The position numbers and the translations under genes were made by a program. A stretch of 64,000 bases of DNA. Source: an uncultured virus (IMG/VR IMGVR_UViG_3300005917_000001). Taxonomy: Duplodnaviria; Heunggongvirae; Uroviricota; Caudoviricetes. The notes under the pieces were generated by a model. The model was given only the letters and a program-made list of their open reading frames with translations, was not told the origin of the DNA and ran no database searches. This document shows positions 28,713 to 38,590 of this stretch, piece after piece. The stretch lies in IMG/VR virus record IMGVR_UViG_3300005917_000001; one strand, 5' to 3'. How positions within the stretch are numbered: position 1 is the stretch's first letter; the number at the start of each line of letters is the position of its first letter.

Positions 28713-30770
28713 TTATCGAACCAGCCATAAGGGCACCAGTTCCACAAAATCCAGACTATCAAAATCCCCCACACTCACCGTCCACCTCCTGCCCTTCACT
28801 CCCCTGGTCGGTGTTGCCTTGGAATTGGCGATCGTGTATGTGTTGCTCGTCCCGTCTTCATTCTCCATCTTGATGGCCGGGGTGGTCCCGCCTGCCAGAC
28901 CGAAATAGGCCTTTCTGAACCTTTTAAAATGAGGGGTCCCGAACCGGCTCTCGGGGAGTACGAGCCCGGACTTGAAGGCGTCCCCGTCATCCGTATCGCC
29001 ATCCAGCCTGTATATCCCGTCCGGCTTGCACCCATAGGCAATATCGTTATCGACCGCGAATGAGTTAAAGTCATACCCGCTGTAAACAGACGCGTGGAAG
29101 GCGTTTGTATTCAAAACCCAGCACTCCCACAATTCCCCGTCTAACTCGACCGTAATCTCAAAATCAAGCGTATCCTCAACCGTATTCGTCAAGATCTGCT
29201 GTAAAGCCAGGGTCGTGGCAAACTCGATAACGTCCGATATGCTCTCATCAACCTGAAACTGGTGTAAGACCGCTTCCGTAAAGGCAATAGAATCAGTCAG
29301 GGCCGCCATGGCGTAAAATAGCGGTGTGGCCGTATCGGTCAGGGTCAGGGTCTCGGCAAGGGTCTTGCCCCATCCCACCCCGAGCGTATCCGTCAAGGTA
29401 AGGGTTTCTTCATTGGCATTAAAGAGATTGCTCAGGACTTCCACAAGCCCGGTTATGGCAATGGCCTCAATAATCTCGGGGTTAAACTCAGCCTGCGCGG
29501 TCACAGCCTCGGTAATACCAAGGCTGTCCGCTATGGCCGATATCATCTTATGCAGGTAGGTTGGTACGTCTGTGATTGTAAGGGTCTCGGAATTAGTCTC
29601 GTTGAATATCTCCCCGACAATAAGACTCCCTATAAACTGTAACGTGGACTCGACCGATTCCGTCCCGGTCCAGTTGCTGACTGCCACATCTTCTAAGGTC
29701 AAGGGGTCATTGACAGGGATAGAAAGGATCTTGTCTACCGCCTCGGTAAAGGCCAAGGTTTCTTCGTTGGTCTTACCCCAGGCCCAGCCCAATGTGCCAT
29801 AGAGATTGAGGGTTTCATTTATGGTTACATATTTTGCGTGTATCACATCAATTTCATCAGAAGACGATGCGCCTTCCGGAACAATTACTTCCGTGCCCAC
29901 ATCGATCTCATCGGAAGAAGTGACACCTTCGGCCAGCGTTGTTTCTGTTTCTACGGCCAGGGCATCGTCTGAGGTGAGACTCTCGCCTTCCTCCACCGGA
30001 TACTGTTCTTTAACGGCGGATGCAGCATCATCCGTTGTGAAATCCGCTTCACCTTCACCTTCACCTTCACCTTCACCGCCTAATAGGGCATTAACCTTAA
30101 AGCCTTCGGATATCTTACAGGTGGTGTTCATGCCCACGGTAGCATCTGAAGAAGAAAACCCTTCCGATATTCCATCAGTCAGGTTAAAAGCGTCTGGAAC
30201 ATCAGAGGTGGTAAACCCCTCTGTGATTTCTGCTTCTATTTCTGTAGGCGCTGGTGCCGAATAGTCAATTACAAGATCGGCCTCACTATCAAACCCGAGG
30301 TCGATTCCAGCAATGGTAAATTGAGTTCCTGATATGCCTTGGAAAACTATAATTATATCATTGCCTGAAACCCACCCAGGTCTGCCTATTATTTCCTCAA
30401 TAATAGATGTGATATCGGGCGAATCATACCAATCGTACGTTACAAGCTGGGGTAAATTATCGTAATCCACCTTTGCTGTTGTTAAAACCAATGCGGCTGC
30501 TTGAGCATACGAAGTGGGTGCAACTGCATCGTCAACATCGTTCCCGTAAATGTCGACATCGGAATCGATGGCATTTTGGTTATTTGTCGCTCTCCAGCTG
30601 ACTTTAGCGCTATTGATTGTAGAACCATTAGCGATGGCTACGTTCCTGAAACGAAAGAAAACATCAAATCCGCCACAACAGGACATTTCTCCGCTGCTGG
30701 GCCAGAAATCCCCCCCACCGAATGCAGAATCGTCTCCACTGGCTCCAGGTGAATATGTTCCAATCGGCAT
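28713..30770 (-). CDS. Acidic T/E-rich virion fibre-like protein
   Basis: Repetitive E-T-L-x-x-T-D stalk with globular ends. Confidence 0.65.
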   Translation of the reverse strand: MPIGTYSPGASGDDSAFGGGDFWPSSGEMSCCGGFDVFFRFRNVAIANGSTINSAKVSWRATNNQNAIDSDVDIYGNDVDDAVAPTSYAQAAALVLTTAKVDYDNLPQLVTYDWYDSPDITSIIEEIIGRPGWVSGNDIIIVFQGISGTQFTIAGIDLGFDSEADLVIDYSAPAPTEIEAEITEGFTTSDVPDAFNLTDGISEGFSSSDATVGMNTTCKISEGFKVNALLGGEGEGEGEGEADFTTDDAASAVKEQYPVEEGESLTSDDALAVETETTLAEGVTSSDEIDVGTEVIVPEGASSSDEIDVIHAKYVTINETLNLYGTLGWAWGKTNEETLAFTEAVDKILSIPVNDPLTLEDVAVSNWTGTESVESTLQFIGSLIVGEIFNETNSETLTITDVPTYLHKMISAIADSLGITEAVTAQAEFNPEIIEAIAITGLVEVLSNLFNANEETLTLTDTLGVGWGKTLAETLTLTDTATPLFYAMAALTDSIAFTEAVLHQFQVDESISDVIEFATTLALQQILTNTVEDTLDFEITVELDGELWECWVLNTNAFHASVYSGYDFNSFAVDNDIAYGCKPDGIYRLDGDTDDGDAFKSGLVLPESRFGTPHFKRFRKAYFGLAGGTTPAIKMENEDGTSNTYTIANSKATPTRGVKGRRWTVSVGDFDSLDFVELVPLWLVR

Positions 30771-30827
30771 GATTAACCTTTACGAAATAGTAAGGATGTC
30801 ATTAAGATTTCCTTTTCATCAATTTCT

Positions 30828-31469
30828 TTAAACATCAGCCGCAGTAATTGTAACCGTCACTTTTAAAACATCCGTGCTGACAACGGCTTTTCCCACTCCG
30901 AACTGCGCGGAGCAATATAAGGTCCCGCCTCCAGCGGTGTCCGTGTTGACCGTTGGGTCTGTTCCACCGCCCACCAGGGCCGCGCCATAAATGGTCTTGG
31001 TGGCGTTCATGGTGAACTCACCCTTGCTGGCGCTATTGGTCATCACCTTTGAAGAAGCCGGGGCATCTATGTATTCCACCCTTGCTGCCTCCACATAGGC
31101 CGTCGATTCGGTGTAGCCGGGGACAGCATAAGTGTTTGTGATAAGAGGCGTATAATCATCCTCAAATATCCCAATGTACCATGTGGCTATCTTGGCCGTT
31201 GCCCCGAACATGATGTCAAGTAGGGCGTCTAACCCTTCATCGGTGCAAACGTTATGGTCCTGTGTTTTGGAAAGAAGTTGACCTTTCCGCCAGTGCTCCA
31301 CGTCCCAAATACTTTTCGCCAGGAAGCGGGGGCGGTAAATGATTGATTTTTCAACGTGAGCCTCTATCAAGACTCCCATTTTCGGCTTTGTTTCCATTTT
31401 ATCTCTCCCCCGGCCAATAAAAGAGACCGGCATAGCGACCGCCATACCAGTCTTGTTTTTGTTGACCAA
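30828..31469 (-). CDS. Virion structural protein (paralog of 32650..33261)
   Basis: Shared WY.GI and K.EFT..AT.T.YGA.L motifs; start uncertain. Confidence 0.65.
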   Translation of the reverse strand: MVNKNKTGMAVAMPVSFIGRGRDKMETKPKMGVLIEAHVEKSIIYRPRFLAKSIWDVEHWRKGQLLSKTQDHNVCTDEGLDALLDIMFGATAKIATWYIGIFEDDYTPLITNTYAVPGYTESTAYVEAARVEYIDAPASSKVMTNSASKGEFTMNATKTIYGAALVGGGTDPTVNTDTAGGGTLYCSAQFGVGKAVVSTDVLKVTVTITAADV

Positions 31470-31500
31470 AGAAGGGATCAGGTTCTTTGGGTTATTTTAA

Positions 31501-32499
31501 TTAACCATATCCGTATCCACTATAAGCTGGAAGTTTCGCCCCCGTGGGCAAAGCTCCACAAACCTTTATGCTATTAAAGTCAATAAAACCGTTTACAAGA
31601 AAGTTGCAATTTGCCAAAGTTGCATTTGCGGCTGCAAGATAATGAACCCTAAATCCTTTTATTTGCCAATCATCAAGATTAGGTTCTTCTGGAAAGTGAT
31701 ATTTAATTACATCCAATATATTTATGTAAAATATACCGGAATCTGAATACGAGCCAGAAGGCGTCGTATTATGTGTTACTTCAGGATAAGCGTCAGCAGG
31801 TCCAAAAAATTGAATGAGCGTAGGTGTAATGGAAGGGTTTGAGATTCTGGCTACAATTAGCCCAACTCTTACATAACTATATGTGTTGTTTCCTGGCACT
31901 TCTTGTCCTGAGAAACTAAATGAATATGTATCAATATCAAGAAGGAAATACAGTTCCTCTCCCTTCATATTTAATGGCGTATTAAGATTTTGTTGATGAT
32001 ATACTTGTACGTGATCCGGTGTACCATGCCCCCCACACCCACCACGATCAAAAACAAAGGTAGTCTCTCCATCGAAAGTAAATGAAGATGTTACAAACCC
32101 GTCACACGGAATCGCCTCCCACCCATCATTACACCAGCTTGTTACCGGCCAAAGACCTGCCCACTTCTCTTCATCATAGGGATATAATTCAGTGAACAGA
32201 CAACAACTCTTAATCCCATCCACAAACCCCACAATACGCACAGGAGCCCCGTTTACCTCCAGCATGACTATCACTTCATCGTCTACGCTGAAGGCGGCGG
32301 CGGCCCCCTCGATGGCGCCGTTTGACCGTTCTTCACTGTCAGGTTCGCAGTGATAGAACAAGGGAACATCAGAACCATCCTGATAACCTTCGACCGTCAC
32401 GTCAGCAAGGTCGTTCTCGGAATCGACAGACGTGATGATACCCTTTGCGAAAATGTGGTCCATCACGTCGCCGAAATTGTCATGTTGGTATTTAGGCAT
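31501..32499 (-). CDS. Virion protein with AT-rich variable C-terminus
   Basis: ORF; visible composition shift near 32210. Confidence 0.65.
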   Translation of the reverse strand: MPKYQHDNFGDVMDHIFAKGIITSVDSENDLADVTVEGYQDGSDVPLFYHCEPDSEERSNGAIEGAAAAFSVDDEVIVMLEVNGAPVRIVGFVDGIKSCCLFTELYPYDEEKWAGLWPVTSWCNDGWEAIPCDGFVTSSFTFDGETTFVFDRGGCGGHGTPDHVQVYHQQNLNTPLNMKGEELYFLLDIDTYSFSFSGQEVPGNNTYSYVRVGLIVARISNPSITPTLIQFFGPADAYPEVTHNTTPSGSYSDSGIFYINILDVIKYHFPEEPNLDDWQIKGFRVHYLAAANATLANCNFLVNGFIDFNSIKVCGALPTGAKLPAYSGYGYG

Positions 32500-32509
32500 T
32501 TTAAAAGAT

Positions 32510-32631
32510 TATCTCTCGCAAAGACGCAAAGACGCAAAGTTTAAAAGATTATCTCTCGCAGAGGCACAGAGAACACAGAGAAAAGATTTATAATAAAAAA
32601 ACTCTGTGATCTCTGCGGGCTCTGTGAGAGC
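32510..32631. repeat. CGCAAAG/CACAGAG palindrome
   Basis: ctctcgcaaagacgcaaagacgcaaag variant arm plus standard arms. Confidence 0.85.
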
Positions 32632-32649
32632 CTTTTTCTTTTTTCACCC

Positions 32650-33261
32650 TTAACTCACCGTAATGACGTACGATACATATAGCACATCGTTATCTATAAC
32701 ATCCCGTGAAGCCGTGAACTTCTTAGCCGCTAACAAATGCCCGGCCACGCCTGTAGGATCGCTATCATCACCGAGAAACGCCCCGTAGACAGTCCTGGTG
32801 GCCGCAATGGTAAACTCGGCCTTGTTTGCCGCGTTTGTTGCTATCCTTGCTGCCGATATGGCAGCGGCGGTATATTCGGGGTAGGTCGCCTCATCTATTT
32901 CAGTGGTAGCCTGCATCGCGCCATAAGTCCCACCTGCCCCAAGGTGCACAGCGGCGGTGTTCCCGACAGCGGGTGTCACATCCAGGTCGTATATTCCAAC
33001 ATACCAGATACGAGCCGCGGACTTTGCGGTCGTGTAAAACAGGATATTGAGAAAATAAGCGACCCCCTCGGTCGTAAACGTGTTGCGAGTCGGTTCCGGA
33101 TACCCCCCGCTTATCAACTTCCCGTCCCGATACTGGTCACACTGCCAGATCCCCACGAGGCCCAAGTTACTCTCAACCTGGTGCTTGGCCCTATACGCTA
33201 AATCCGGGGTTTCCCTCAGTTCGTCAAGCATATCTCCATTTGGTATTACTATTCTGTCCAT
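32650..33261 (-). CDS. Virion structural protein
   Basis: Start reassigned to MDRIVIP after AAGGAG; upstream extension reads through repeats. Confidence 0.7.
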   Translation of the reverse strand: MDRIVIPNGDMLDELRETPDLAYRAKHQVESNLGLVGIWQCDQYRDGKLISGGYPEPTRNTFTTEGVAYFLNILFYTTAKSAARIWYVGIYDLDVTPAVGNTAAVHLGAGGTYGAMQATTEIDEATYPEYTAAAISAARIATNAANKAEFTIAATRTVYGAFLGDDSDPTGVAGHLLAAKKFTASRDVIDNDVLYVSYVITVS

Positions 33262-33326
33262 GATTATTCTCCTTCCTGCCCGCAATGCTTCGCAACGCGA
33301 GGCAGGCGGGTGTTTGGCCGGGGCAT

Positions 33327-33407
33327 AAAAAAAGGCCGATATGGAGCACACAAACCCCATACGGCCTCTAAATTTGGCTACCGGAGAAGATCAACTCCCC
33401 GAAAGCA
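33327..33407 (-). terminator. YTGATC-loop hairpin plus terminator, copy 2
   Basis: ggag-TTGATCTT-ctcc; aggccgtatgggg/ctccatatcggcct and T-run. Confidence 0.8.
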
Positions 33408-33446
33408 CCCCGGAATTAGTTATTTGTTATCTGTTAATTGAACCGT

Positions 33447-33580
33447 AAAGTTTAAAAGATTTTCTCTCACAGAGCCCACAGAGATCACAGAGTTTCTAAT
33501 TTATAAATCTTTTCTCTGTGTCCCCTGCCCGCAATGCTTCGCAACGCGAGGCAGGCGGGTCTGTGTCCTCTGTGAGAGAC
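33447..33580. repeat. CACAGAG palindrome with 36-bp insert (33524-33559)
   Basis: Insert identical to 33275-33310 and 15594-15629. Confidence 0.9.
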
Positions 33581-33585
33581 ATTTT

Positions 33586-34845
33586 TTAAATCACCACTCC
33601 ATTGCGCACAACCTCACACGTCGCATCATCACTTATATCGAGGCCGCTGTTTACTCCGCCCCTCGGGAATGAGGACAAAACCTGAAACTGCCCGTTTTTC
33701 ATCCTGTGCAACATGGCCCCGGTAGCCCCGGGGGCAAACTTTACCTTTCGCTGACTGAGCGAAAACAGCCTTCCTGCCGGGTTCCCCGCCACAAACCCTT
33801 CTTTTGACACCCACACGGGTACACTGTGATGCTTTTTTTCAGGCGGGGATATGGTATCTCCCAATTCGATAATATTATTGCAATATGCCGGTTTCAGGGA
33901 CACGGCCCCGGCGCCCACGTCCATCTCCTGCATCTCCTGGGGCTTAGTCCCCTTCATGAATTTGGTCCGGTCCTCGCAGCCGACAAAGAGACCCGACCAG
34001 ACCTTTGCTATAAGGACGCCATTGGTGGCAAACCTGAAACGGTTGCCGCCCAACTTCCACCAGCCAAAATGAAAGGATTCCGAGTAATAGAGAAAATTGT
34101 CTCTCATCCCCCACATCCGGCCAAACGCGTGTGTGATACACTCCATAAAGGGCGGGGGTGAACAGAGAAAGGATGGCAGGGGTTCCACGGATACCGGATT
34201 GACGATCGCATCGGTCTCGCCTACCTTAAAAAATTTATCCCCATTAGGATCCGTACACCAGACTATGGCGCCCGAGGGGCGGTTGCTGATGGAGATCCCG
34301 CCCTCGGCCGCAAGGGTAATCCCGGATACAGGCCCGTTACCGCTTATATCGTCCCCGGAAGTGGCGGGGTTTTGGGTAAGTGTGACCTTATACCTGCCCG
34401 CAGGCAACCCCCCGGTGGTTGAAGACAGGACCGGCCCCTCGGGCAGGGTAATGCCCCAGACCGATATAGTGTCGGTCTCGGGGTCGAATATGCCGTTATA
34501 ATATTTACTGGACAGGTAAACCTTGTCGCCGACCTCGGCGTAGAACATCTCGGTCTTGAGACCACCGATATCCTCGATGGTGGTAGCAGTCTCACCGCTG
34601 ATCCGTTTGAGGGTAGTCCCGTCCATAACGAGATGACAGGTGGCCCCTGCCCATTCCGAATGGCCGTCAGTGAGCGAAATAACCTTGGTCTGCCCATCCC
34701 GCTTGACGAGACGGCCCTTTTGCGTCACATCCGCATTCAGAATGATCCGGGGCTCCACAACACCGCCCTTGGCCACAAACAATCCCTCCGAGGCCTTGAC
34801 GTTGTTCATACCCGTAAACGAATTCATTTTGACGTTTCTCGGCAT
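33586..34845 (-). CDS. Tail nozzle/stabilisation-like protein
   Basis: Beta-rich 419 aa with N-terminal F.GMNN...NAD....G.L..R.G pattern; position after the adaptor. Confidence 0.6.
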   Translation of the reverse strand: MPRNVKMNSFTGMNNVKASEGLFVAKGGVVEPRIILNADVTQKGRLVKRDGQTKVISLTDGHSEWAGATCHLVMDGTTLKRISGETATTIEDIGGLKTEMFYAEVGDKVYLSSKYYNGIFDPETDTISVWGITLPEGPVLSSTTGGLPAGRYKVTLTQNPATSGDDISGNGPVSGITLAAEGGISISNRPSGAIVWCTDPNGDKFFKVGETDAIVNPVSVEPLPSFLCSPPPFMECITHAFGRMWGMRDNFLYYSESFHFGWWKLGGNRFRFATNGVLIAKVWSGLFVGCEDRTKFMKGTKPQEMQEMDVGAGAVSLKPAYCNNIIELGDTISPPEKKHHSVPVWVSKEGFVAGNPAGRLFSLSQRKVKFAPGATGAMLHRMKNGQFQVLSSFPRGGVNSGLDISDDATCEVVRNGVVI

Positions 34846-34917
34846 AATTTATCTCTCACAGAGATGCAAAGTTTAAAAGATTTTCTCTCACAGAGCCCAC
34901 AGAGATCACAGAGTCTT

Positions 34918-35136
34918 TTATTTATAAATCTTCACTGTTGATAACTCCCCTTTGAGCAATTTCAGCTTTATCCCATAAGGTGAGATATCTTTAACCCGAA
35001 ACAAACTCCCTTTGATTTTCAGTTCTTCTCCTACATAAAAGACACCTTTTGATTTTGGGTACTTCTTCCTCAGATTGTCATACTCCTCTGATGGTTTATA
35101 CTCAAATTCTTCAAATCTTCCTTCTCCTGTATCCAT
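34918..35136 (-). CDS. Small hypothetical protein lying between the arms of a CACAGAG palindrome
   Basis: GGAGG RBS; AT-rich; arms at 34849-34932 and 35191-35230. Confidence 0.65.
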   Translation of the reverse strand: MDTGEGRFEEFEYKPSEEYDNLRKKYPKSKGVFYVGEELKIKGSLFRVKDISPYGIKLKLLKGELSTVKIYK

Positions 35137-35243
35137 TAATCCTCCCCCTTAATCATTACTTTTTTGATTCTCATGGTGTCCTCTTTGTGTCAAAATCTTT
35201 TCTCTGTGTTCTCTGTGCCTCTGTGAGAGATTTTTTCTTTTTT

Positions 35244-36140
35244 TTATCCTCTCGTGGAATATCTCCCGCCCTGCAGCCTCTTCAGCGCGGTCTCCCGGTT
35301 CACCCGGACAATCTCTTCCAAATAGAGATTATGCAGGTTTTCAAACCGCTCCAGACCTTCCTCGTAATCCGCGTTAAAGAGCCAGCCCGCCTCGTAACAG
35401 ATGGCCCGGCAGCTCATGGGCGGAAAACGCCAGGTGTCATAATCCGAATAGACAGGGGAGGGCATACAGAGATAGGGCACATAAAGGGTCTGGTCGGCCG
35501 TGGCCGACGGTGCATCGAGATAGACCTGGTAGTTGGCCGCCGGTGTGATCACATAGGCGTCACTCGAGGTCCAGGCGTTATTGGTCCCGCCGAAAAGGGC
35601 ACAGACAAGATGGGTGTCATCGGTTATGGAAAGAACCACCCCGTCCGATCCGTCCGTGGTGTTGTGGATGATATCCCGGACCTCGGCCGTGGTCTCGAAA
35701 GCCGCCTCCGTATCGGTCAGGATACATCGGCCCGCCGTGGCCGCGCCCGCAGAAGTGGCCGTCCCGGTCACCGAACTTTCCCCGTCAGGCTTGTCTCTAA
35801 CGGCAAAACGGGCGGGAATATCCTTACTGTCCGTGTAATTTGCACGATAGAGGTGTTCAAAGGACGTGAGATACGGCCAGGAGTAGTAAGTCCCGTCATA
35901 ATACTTGGCCACAAACCGCCGGTTCCGGTCCTTGAGATAAGGCTCGATATAATTCGCCGGGAGATTATAGACCTGCCGGTCCTCAACCGTGGTGATAGTG
36001 GCGATAGCCGTCAGGATCCTGGTCTGACGCACAAAATCCAGGGCCGCGGCATCGAGACAATCATAAAAAAACTTCTTGTCCTCGTCCGCGATCCCGCCCA
36101 TAGCCTTCACGGCGTAATTATAAAGGGTCTTTCCGTCCAT
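35244..36140 (-). CDS. Head-tail adaptor-like protein
   Basis: LDAAALDFVRQT...YNLP and helical C-terminus; position after the head genes. Confidence 0.6.
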   Translation of the reverse strand: MDGKTLYNYAVKAMGGIADEDKKFFYDCLDAAALDFVRQTRILTAIATITTVEDRQVYNLPANYIEPYLKDRNRRFVAKYYDGTYYSWPYLTSFEHLYRANYTDSKDIPARFAVRDKPDGESSVTGTATSAGAATAGRCILTDTEAAFETTAEVRDIIHNTTDGSDGVVLSITDDTHLVCALFGGTNNAWTSSDAYVITPAANYQVYLDAPSATADQTLYVPYLCMPSPVYSDYDTWRFPPMSCRAICYEAGWLFNADYEEGLERFENLHNLYLEEIVRVNRETALKRLQGGRYSTRG

Positions 36141-36149
36141 ATCAGCCTC

Positions 36150-36456
36150 CGGATACTGGATACTGGTTACTGGATACTGGTTACTGGATGCTGGTTACTG
36201 GATACTGGATACTGGATGCTGGATGCTGGTTACTGGATACTGGATACTGGTTACTGGATACTGGATGCTGGATACTGGTTACTGGATACTGGATGCTGGA
36301 TGCTGGATACTGGATATTAGTTATTCGTTATTGGTTATTTGTAAAAACTCTGTGTCCTCTGTGTCCTCTGTGAGAGACAATCTTTTAACCTTCGCCGTTC
36401 CTGCTGCGCCTTCGCCGTTCCTGCTGCGCCTTCGCCGGTGTCCCTGCTGCGAGAGA
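36150..36456. repeat. Composite intergenic module (longest CTGG heptamer array)
   Basis: About 24 CTGGWTR units, TTAT units, CTCTGTG arm, three CCTTCGCC...CTGCTGCG units. Confidence 0.9.
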
Positions 36457-36463
36457 CAGTCTT

Positions 36464-36748
36464 TTAAACTTTACCAACAGAATCCTTGAGCGCATCATCA
36501 ATAGAGGTTTTCTTGGCCGGCCCCTCAATCTTGCACTTTTTGATCCGGATCCTCATGTGCTTACCCGGATCCCATTCGTCCGCATTCTCCGAGATCTCCC
36601 TGACGGTACCGGTCACGACCATGGTGATCTTATCGTTCACCCCGATACTGTTAAACCCGGAAATTTTCACCTCTGAACCACTCGGCAAATCCAGGTTACA
36701 CTTTGCGTATTCCTTAGTCTTTGTCATCGCTACCTCCTCCGTATTCAT
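36464..36748 (-). CDS. Hypothetical protein
   Basis: ORF; the GGAGG RBS suggests a start at 36727. Confidence 0.6.
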   Translation of the reverse strand: MNTEEVAMTKTKEYAKCNLDLPSGSEVKISGFNSIGVNDKITMVVTGTVREISENADEWDPGKHMRIRIKKCKIEGPAKKTSIDDALKDSVGKV

Positions 36749-36752
36749 CGGG

Positions 36753-36872
36753 CTATCCTCTTTCCTTTATTCGATTGCTGCCCTGCCTTGCAGCCTTCAG
36801 CCTCTCTTTTGCCGCTTTCGCTTCCGCTATCTTCCATCGCCGCGTCTTCTTCCTCCCAGCTCTCCGTCCCAT
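36753..36872 (-). CDS. 39-aa highly basic protein (not in ORF track)
   Basis: MGRRAGRKKTRRWKIAEAKAAKERLKAARQGSNRIKERG with GGGAG RBS. Confidence 0.5.
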   Translation of the reverse strand: MGRRAGRKKTRRWKIAEAKAAKERLKAARQGSNRIKERG

Positions 36873-36937
36873 GCGCTCCCTTCAATATTCAATTCAACCC
36901 TTCAATGGTGATAGTCTCGTAAAAAGTCTCTAAAGCC

Positions 36938-37033
36938 GTTGATTCCCCTGGATTCCCGCGTTCGCGGGAATGACGAAAACGGGAGTCCATAAGTGGTTGA
37001 TTCCCCTGGATTCCCGCGTTCGCGGGAATGACG
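36938..37033. repeat. Two CGTC-type/dRS3-like REP elements
   Basis: 38-bp direct repeat containing ATTCCC-N8-GGGAAT; related copy near 15443-15470. Confidence 0.8.
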
Positions 37034-37041
37034 GAAACGGG

Positions 37042-37206
37042 TCAATAGTCAATATCAGGGTCCGGCTTCCCCTCATACTCCGGAGACCCGGCCCTGACCC
37101 CGCAGTGCGGGCACCGGTCCACATCTTCATACATCTGCGAATCCTCCATCCAGACGCCCCCGCACCTGTTACACACCCGTAAGGGTAAATCCGCTACTCC
37201 ACTCAT
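37042..37206 (-). CDS. 54-aa zinc-ribbon protein (not in ORF track)
   Basis: CNRC...CPHC; start positioned after the GAGAG of a palindrome arm. Confidence 0.6.
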   Translation of the reverse strand: MSGVADLPLRVCNRCGGVWMEDSQMYEDVDRCPHCGVRAGSPEYEGKPDPDIDY

Positions 37207-37209
37207 AAT

Positions 37210-37361
37210 TATCTCTCACAGAGCCCACAAAGTTTAAAAGATTTTCTCTCACAGAGGACACAGACCCGCCTGCCTCGCGTTGCGAAGCATTGCGGGCAGG
37301 GGACACAGAGAAAAGATTTATAAATAAAAAACTCTGTGATCTCTGCGGGCTCTGTGAGAGG
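37210..37361. repeat. CACAGAG palindrome with 36-bp insert (37265-37300)
   Basis: Insert at cacaga^g. Confidence 0.9.
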
Positions 37362-37390
37362 GTTTTTCTTTTTTCATTAAAAATTCAAAA

Positions 37391-37969
37391 CTAAAACGTC
37401 CCTTCCTCCGGCGCCGCTTTTTCTGAGTTCTGATCTCCGGTCTCTGGCTTCTGATCTGTATCTTCCGGCTCCTCCGCCTCTTCCTTCTCATAATGATACG
37501 CGCCCAACTCGATCATTCCCGCATTTCCCCACCACTCGGGTCGGACCTCAAACCCGAACTCGGGCCATGTGCTGGCCTCTGAAAAGGCTTTTTTCCGCTT
37601 GTCCTTGACCGGTCTGCGGATATAGACCATGGCATCTAAATTGCTCGCATCCCCATCTACCGGTACCGGTACCCCCTCCAACTGTCTGCGCTCGATCTCC
37701 TTTTCACGGGCATCGTAAAACCCTGCCGACATCTCCTTACCTGTCCGGTCCCACCAGTTAAGGGCCAGCCGGTGCTGTGTAGGATCGCTGATAATATTAA
37801 GATCCTCTTTTTTCAATACCGGACTTTCGTCCTTGTACCCGTACACCCCGTTGGTATGGAGGAAAATCTGCCGCCCGTCGCTCTCCTGCCACGACCTGAT
37901 CACATTGATCTCCTTCTGCCCGGTCGTCCCGTCCGGGTTCGTCACCTTGATAAACAGTTTCTGTGCCAT
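37391..37969 (-). CDS. Hypothetical head-region protein
   Basis: ORF with GGAGG RBS. Confidence 0.7.
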   Translation of the reverse strand: MAQKLFIKVTNPDGTTGQKEINVIRSWQESDGRQIFLHTNGVYGYKDESPVLKKEDLNIISDPTQHRLALNWWDRTGKEMSAGFYDAREKEIERRQLEGVPVPVDGDASNLDAMVYIRRPVKDKRKKAFSEASTWPEFGFEVRPEWWGNAGMIELGAYHYEKEEAEEPEDTDQKPETGDQNSEKAAPEEGTF

Positions 37970-37987
37970 AAAAAAACCTCCGGTTTT

Positions 37988-38083
37988 TAGTTATTTGTTA
38001 TTTGTTATTTGTTATTTGTGGTTACCGGGCATTCGGGCCTGACATCCCAGACCCGAATAACCAATAACCGATAACCAATAACT
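37988..38083. repeat. Inverted heptamer arrays (TTATTTG / AATAACC)
   Basis: Arrays flank a ttcggg...cccgaa core. Confidence 0.85.
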
Positions 38084-38088
38084 GTCCC

Positions 38089-38463
38089 TTACTCTCCCAC
38101 AAACAACATCTTCAATGAGACCGTCGGGGTCTCACCCGTGCCTAATTCCGGGAGTGCGATATCCGCGCCTCCACTATCTGCCGGGTCTTTCTGTTGATAC
38201 ATCAGGAGCTTGTGGTTGGTCCGGTCGTACTTATAGACATACCCGTCCCCGTAGGGCTGTTCGATGAGCCCGATATCCACCTGCCGCTGAAGCCCGAACA
38301 GACCGATGGCCGGAAGCTCCACCCCGCCGGTGGGATAGGTCAGCGCCCCATCACCGAATGCAATGGTCGCTATACCCATAAATTTACGCAATGCCCCGTG
38401 ACCGATATCCTTATCCCTGGAATTCACGGTCACCGTGACATCAGTGCTCGCTAAAGCTGTCAT
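38089..38463 (-). CDS. Capsid-associated/decoration protein candidate
   Basis: YPTGG...Y.YD....KL motif; position after the capsid genes. Confidence 0.55.
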   Translation of the reverse strand: MTALASTDVTVTVNSRDKDIGHGALRKFMGIATIAFGDGALTYPTGGVELPAIGLFGLQRQVDIGLIEQPYGDGYVYKYDRTNHKLLMYQQKDPADSGGADIALPELGTGETPTVSLKMLFVGE

Positions 38464-38483
38464 GATAAAATTCCTCCGTAATT

Positions 38484-38587
38484 TTCGTTATTCGTTATCC
38501 GTTAATTGTTATTTGTGGCCATTGGTCATTCAGAGCCTGTCCTGCTTAGGGTGAATAACCAATAACCAATAACTAATAACCAATAAC
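38484..38587. repeat. Inverted heptamer arrays
   Basis: TTATTCG-type and AATAACC-type arrays. Confidence 0.85.
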
Positions 38588-38590
38588 ATC

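Noticed and set aside
35049..36489. Long + strand ORFs with WILDTG repeats (also 9328..10155, 21469..22128)
   Set aside because: Antisense shadows of real genes plus heptamer arrays
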